Of a DNA stretch of 57,762 nucleotides, positions 54,901 to 57,762 are shown piece after piece. This stretch comes from an uncultured Christensenella sp. (GTDB lineage: Bacteria; Bacillota; Clostridia; Christensenellales; UBA1242): positions 1 through 57,762 of the forward strand of contig CAJUBT010000008.1 in assembly GCA_910584815.1 (NCBI GenBank). The letters are read 5' to 3'. Below the pieces are notes generated by a model. That model was not told where the DNA came from. It saw nothing but the letters and a program-made list of their open reading frames with translations, and ran no database searches. Position numbers and translations under genes: made by a program. How positions within the stretch are numbered: position 1 is the stretch's first letter; every line of letters starts with the position of its first letter.

Positions 54901-57762
54901 TTAAAGTTACAGGCATAGGCAACTATGCTGGCGAAACTGCATTAAGTTTTGAAATTACTCCAAGAAGCATTACTCTTGTTAATATTGCCGAAATTCCAGA
55001 CCAATCTTTTACAGGGTTAGAAATTACACCTGTGCTTAACATAACCGATAATGGTGCAAGTTTAATTAAAGATACTCACTACACTGTAACCTTTGCAAAC
55101 AACATAACAGTTACAAACAGTTCCATTAAAGCAAGTGCAACTCTTGTTGGGGTTGGTAACTACGAAGGCACAACAGTTGTTTATTTTAACATTATTCCTG
55201 TTAACATTAGTGGGGCAATATTTAGCCTTGGCAGAACTTTAATTACTGGTTTTAACTACGAGGAAGATTTTTTAAGTGAAATTCAAGAAAATGCAACTTT
55301 AAAAATTAACACAACCGTTTTACAAAAAAATGTAGACTATAAAATTAGTGCCTTGAATGCCGACAAATCTGCCGAAATTGGCAACATTGTTAACATTGGC
55401 AAATACATTATTCGTGCAACTGGTTTAGGTAACTTTATTGGCACAAACGAAATTGAATTTGAAGTTACAAAAAGAGATATTTCTCAAGATGACATTGAAA
55501 TTGAATTAGACAGCAAAAACAACGATTTTACATATAATGGTGAAAGCCACGAAGCAACAATTAAAGTTTTTGGTAACTACACAATTAAAGGCGTGCAAAA
55601 ACGCAGCGAACTTGTTGAAAACCGCGATTATACAGTTAGTTACGATGAAAACACAAACGCTTCAACCTCTGCCCGTGTGTTAATAACTGGTATTGGCAAC
55701 TTTACAAGCGTTAAAACTAAAAACTTTACAATTAAAGCAAAAATGCTAGATGGGTTAGACATTGTTTTGGAAAATGATATTCCTAACCAAGATTATACTG
55801 GCACAACTCTTTCTCCAACCTTTGTAATTAAAGATAATACTCTTAACCTAGTTTTAGCACAAGGCACTCATTATAGTGCTACTTATACAAACAACACCAA
55901 TGCTGGAGAGGCAACTATAACGCTTACAGGTATTGGCAACTATGGCGGAACAAAGGTTTTACACTTTAACATTTTACCAAGAGATATTTCTCTTGCAACA
56001 ATTTTAGAAATTCCAGACCAAGTTTACACATCTTCTAACATAGAACCTGTTTTAACAGTAACCGATAATGGCAGAAATTTGGTTAGAGGGGTAGACTATT
56101 TAGCAACCTTTAAAAACAACATAAATGTTGGGCCTGCAGGCAGTGCTCAAATAACCATTAATGGTATTAATAACTATCAAGGCAAAAAGGATGCTGTGTT
56201 CACAATTCTCCCTGCCGACCTTGCCGATGCCAGATTGGAACTTTCTCCTGCAAGCAGTGTTTACACTGGCAAAAGTGCAGTTACTTCCATAAGGGTTATT
56301 ATGAACGAAAACAACGCTGTTGTGGCAGACAAGAACTACCAAATAACCTATTTAAAGGGCAGTCAGGTTTTAAGTGGCATAGAGGACCTTGTTGATGTTG
56401 GAACTTACACAATAAGAATTTCAGGTCAATCTAACTACGAAGGCACCATTCAAGAAAATTTTGTTATCACTCCTTGCAATATGCAAGATGTTTCTGTGTT
56501 GCTTTCAAGTTCAAGTTTTGTGTATAACCAAAGTTCACAAACCCCAGTTGTAACCTTAAGTTACAATGGTTTAACATTAACAAGTGGCACAGACTATATT
56601 TTAACCTATCGCCAAACAAATGAAAGTGGGGCTACAGTTACTCATCCAACAGATGTTGGCACATATGCAATTATTTTAGAAGGTAAAGGTAACTATCAAA
56701 AAACCAATTCAAGTTTAAGTTTTGAAATTACTCCTGCAAGTTTAAACAAAGGTGCAGTTGCAACATTCTCTTCTGACCCAGCAACCGCAAACATAACCTT
56801 TGATAACAGCACTCACAAAATAATTCTTTCTAGCCTTAAAATTAATAATGTAGAATTCTTCAGTGGTTTTGAGGGCGAATATGCAACCGTTTCTTACCTA
56901 AGAGAAAACGAAGAAACCACAAACTTTATCAATGCAGGAACAATAACAATTAAAATTTCTGCAGTAGAAGGTAACAGTAATGTAATTGGCGAAAAAACTT
57001 ATACCTACGAAATTAAGCGTAAAAATTTAGCAACTGCAGACAGCAATAAGCAACTTTTAATTACAGGTATAGAAAACAAAGTTTACAACAGAAATGCACA
57101 CACTCAAAATGTTGTTATCAACGATACCGTTGCAGATTATGCTTTAACAAGTAACGATTTTTCAGTAACCTATTCAACCAGCTGTATTAATGCCGAAGAA
57201 GACATTGTAATTTACATAAATTCAAATGCTTCTGGTAACTATAGCGGAACAATAACAAGAACCTTTAACATTGAAAAAGCAATTGTAAACAATTTTGTTC
57301 TTTTATCTACTGGTGCAGTTTATTCTGCAAGGCCACAAGTTATAGAAGTAGAAGTTAGGGCAGGCAACATTGAACTTACACCTAGTGAATATAAGTTAGA
57401 ATATAAAAGAAACAATATTGTAACAGAAGACATTACTAACATTGGCGATATTTCTGTTGGGCTTATAATTGTAAGCACAAACTTTAAAATTGAAACTCCA
57501 ATTGCAAGTCAGAATTACACAATTTCTAAAATTACAATAGATAGTGTTACTCTTACAAACAATAATGTTGGCTATAATGGTGAAACTTATGTTATAGATA
57601 TTTCTAGCGTTGTTGGTGAAGGCGGAGTTGTTTTAAAAACAACCGATTATATTGTTTCCTACACCGATAAAGATAACAACGCATTAACAAATAACGAAGT
57701 TGTTAAGGCAGGGGTATACACAGTAAAAGTAACAGGTGTAGGCAATGCACAAGGTAGCAAAA
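51939..57762 (+). CDS. DGR target: giant surface protein (partial, >1941 aa) with N-terminal variable ligand-binding domain and tandem Ig-like repeats
   Basis: ATG at 51939 with AAGGAAGG RBS and signal/TM MKKLFLSISTFFVFTLLTLSVFF. The frame is open to the window end, which is why it is missing from the ORF track. The VR encodes SWLRSG...AVRPALHL at aa 360-400. After that come repeats of type ..YTG..I.P......G..L..DTDYTVTY.NN.N.GTATV.ITG.GNY.GT....F.I. Confidence 0.85.
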   Translation, partial: MKKLFLSISTFFVFTLLTLSVFFVDFKPDMAKAFNSENTTTAVKVDEIWNDTAKKFDDDNLTKLLQFVTGSNTVRTNNLSTVKTQATNKKTASAIRGTAVTASTDGAVKTASKDIIVTLGGLDWTPVYLSNDTSSNPILTLWLANSSQLNGKKYYTSNTASSSFGSSGSAMWNSGFTPWTTSADGNTYYYNDSATPASSYPDNMYGMSAIRSTVLNNGGSYSTAHMGKSTATMSKKSDSVFSKFTVTTSNSTAIADYLTVPTNVSWQKSGQNLSKTWFSYQAPSEDLQTGVNTSTAGYYTTTSYVSNGQTASMNYTSRSNYTQWSNDRLWLPSVTETGYDDTHIGIWSTTTEQRSNTQWSWLRSGYYYPASSAYHLLSSGARYGFNIVSSTYAVRPALHLNLNSAAANTISAIDINTCVVSNLSNSQWNPVSNPIPTFTLKTPDGKTTLTKDTDYTVTSSSTSAPGTITLTIKGKSSKYEGTKTVTYQLEKRSITRALRDNTLSVANQTWTGENLTPALSGLKDYAYNADTGGSKLSTTGVALTQNTHYTLSYTNNKNIGTATITITGAGNYTGSTSVNFNIVAVDMSLITVDAVEDRIWNPVSNPIPEIVARYTGANKTLTTADYTVTSSAKTDGTAVPGEVTLTITGKGNYTGTKTVKYMLNRRDIGLALMGNTLTVANQTWTGERIEPVLTGLKDYGYQTLTSQTPLSPTGVPLTYNTHYVLNYTNNIDLGTATVTITGNGVYYTGTTSTAFTIVARSIADGTLSLNQTNLDYNFGEDLLPSLVATLEVNNKTLTTRDYDLSYYSPTGSAVTKITDAGTYKVRATGKGNYTSAKEINFVVSKLALREEFFTISPSSYEYKNSQIIPTYTASYTYTAGKTYNFRPTDFSVTYGENVNASTGGTVTFTGAGSNFEGTVIKKFTITAKSISAGDITKPTIPSQTYTGSAITPSFTLTDATLGRALVKDADYTVTFTNNVNVGESSAVVKVTGIGNYAGETALSFEITPRSITLVNIAEIPDQSFTGLEITPVLNITDNGASLIKDTHYTVTFANNITVTNSSIKASATLVGVGNYEGTTVVYFNIIPVNISGAIFSLGRTLITGFNYEEDFLSEIQENATLKINTTVLQKNVDYKISALNADKSAEIGNIVNIGKYIIRATGLGNFIGTNEIEFEVTKRDISQDDIEIELDSKNNDFTYNGESHEATIKVFGNYTIKGVQKRSELVENRDYTVSYDENTNASTSARVLITGIGNFTSVKTKNFTIKAKMLDGLDIVLENDIPNQDYTGTTLSPTFVIKDNTLNLVLAQGTHYSATYTNNTNAGEATITLTGIGNYGGTKVLHFNILPRDISLATILEIPDQVYTSSNIEPVLTVTDNGRNLVRGVDYLATFKNNINVGPAGSAQITINGINNYQGKKDAVFTILPADLADARLELSPASSVYTGKSAVTSIRVIMNENNAVVADKNYQITYLKGSQVLSGIEDLVDVGTYTIRISGQSNYEGTIQENFVITPCNMQDVSVLLSSSSFVYNQSSQTPVVTLSYNGLTLTSGTDYILTYRQTNESGATVTHPTDVGTYAIILEGKGNYQKTNSSLSFEITPASLNKGAVATFSSDPATANITFDNSTHKIILSSLKINNVEFFSGFEGEYATVSYLRENEETTNFINAGTITIKISAVEGNSNVIGEKTYTYEIKRKNLATADSNKQLLITGIENKVYNRNAHTQNVVINDTVADYALTSNDFSVTYSTSCINAEEDIVIYINSNASGNYSGTITRTFNIEKAIVNNFVLLSTGAVYSARPQVIEVEVRAGNIELTPSEYKLEYKRNNIVTEDITNIGDISVGLIIVSTNFKIETPIASQNYTISKITIDSVTLTNNNVGYNGETYVIDISSVVGEGGVVLKTTDYIVSYTDKDNNALTNNEVVKAGVYTVKVTGVGNAQGSK
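53016..53136 (+). repeat. DGR variable repeat (VR)
   Basis: In frame with the target CDS. Identical to the TRs at 18 nt on the 5' side and 22 nt on the 3' side. Internal differences from TR-2 are almost exclusively at template adenines. Confidence 0.9.
53166..54224 (+). repeat. Internal tandem duplication of a two-domain (~175-180 aa) unit in the target gene
   Basis: Units 53166-53705 and 53706-54224 share DNA-level blocks (e.g. GGAACCCAGTAAG.AACCCAATTCCA; GTTGCCAACCAAACTTGGAC) and colinear protein sequence. Confidence 0.6.

Noticed and set aside
44944-57762. DGR as part of a prophage (as in BPP-1)
   Set aside because: No capsid, tail, terminase, portal, integrase or lysis genes are visible on the upstream side. 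The target is a cell-surface repeat protein with a signal peptide. Downstream context beyond the window is unknown.

Overview
This 57.8-kb window comes from a very AT-rich bacterial chromosome that uses the standard genetic code. A low-GC Bacillota/Mollicutes-like organism is my guess and cannot be shown from the sequence. Gene content, left to right: tRNA-Thr; SAM methyltransferase; membrane-anchored XRE regulator; two translationally coupled giant surface proteins (a 1576-aa lipoprotein with carboxypeptidase-regulatory-like beta-sandwich repeats and a 2008-aa MBG-repeat protein with a C-terminal TM anchor); ferritin-like protein; SIMPL protein; a SLOG/DUF1273 gene interrupted by an in-frame TGA; XRE regulator; deoxyribosyltransferase-like protein; a glycogen cluster (malQ-glgB-glgA-glgP-GH13, no glgC); GT4 glycosyltransferase; zeta toxin/antitoxin; ogt; SDR plus EFR1 ferredoxin; HAD hydrolase; membrane protein; EncFtn-like protein; DUF2461; TetR; tRNA-Arg; nucleotidyltransferase fusion; PHP and YfcE-like phosphoesterases. 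The outstanding region is 44.9-57.8 kb, a diversity-generating retroelement (DGR) with an atypical architecture. It starts with three tandem XRE-HTH paralogs, a DGR-type reverse transcriptase and an Avd-like protein. A 4-kb ORF-free stretch follows, holding three tandem ~1-kb modules whose sense strand is opposite to RT/avd. Each module combines a 119-121-nt template-repeat (TR)-like segment with a conserved, covarying, GC-enriched structured-RNA island. Downstream is a surface protein of more than 1941 aa whose variable repeat (VR) lies near its N terminus. The VR matches TR-2, with 17 of 18 mismatches at template adenines. TR-1 is a second intact template with no cognate VR in the window. 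Copy 3 is an adenine-depleted, frame-broken relic.
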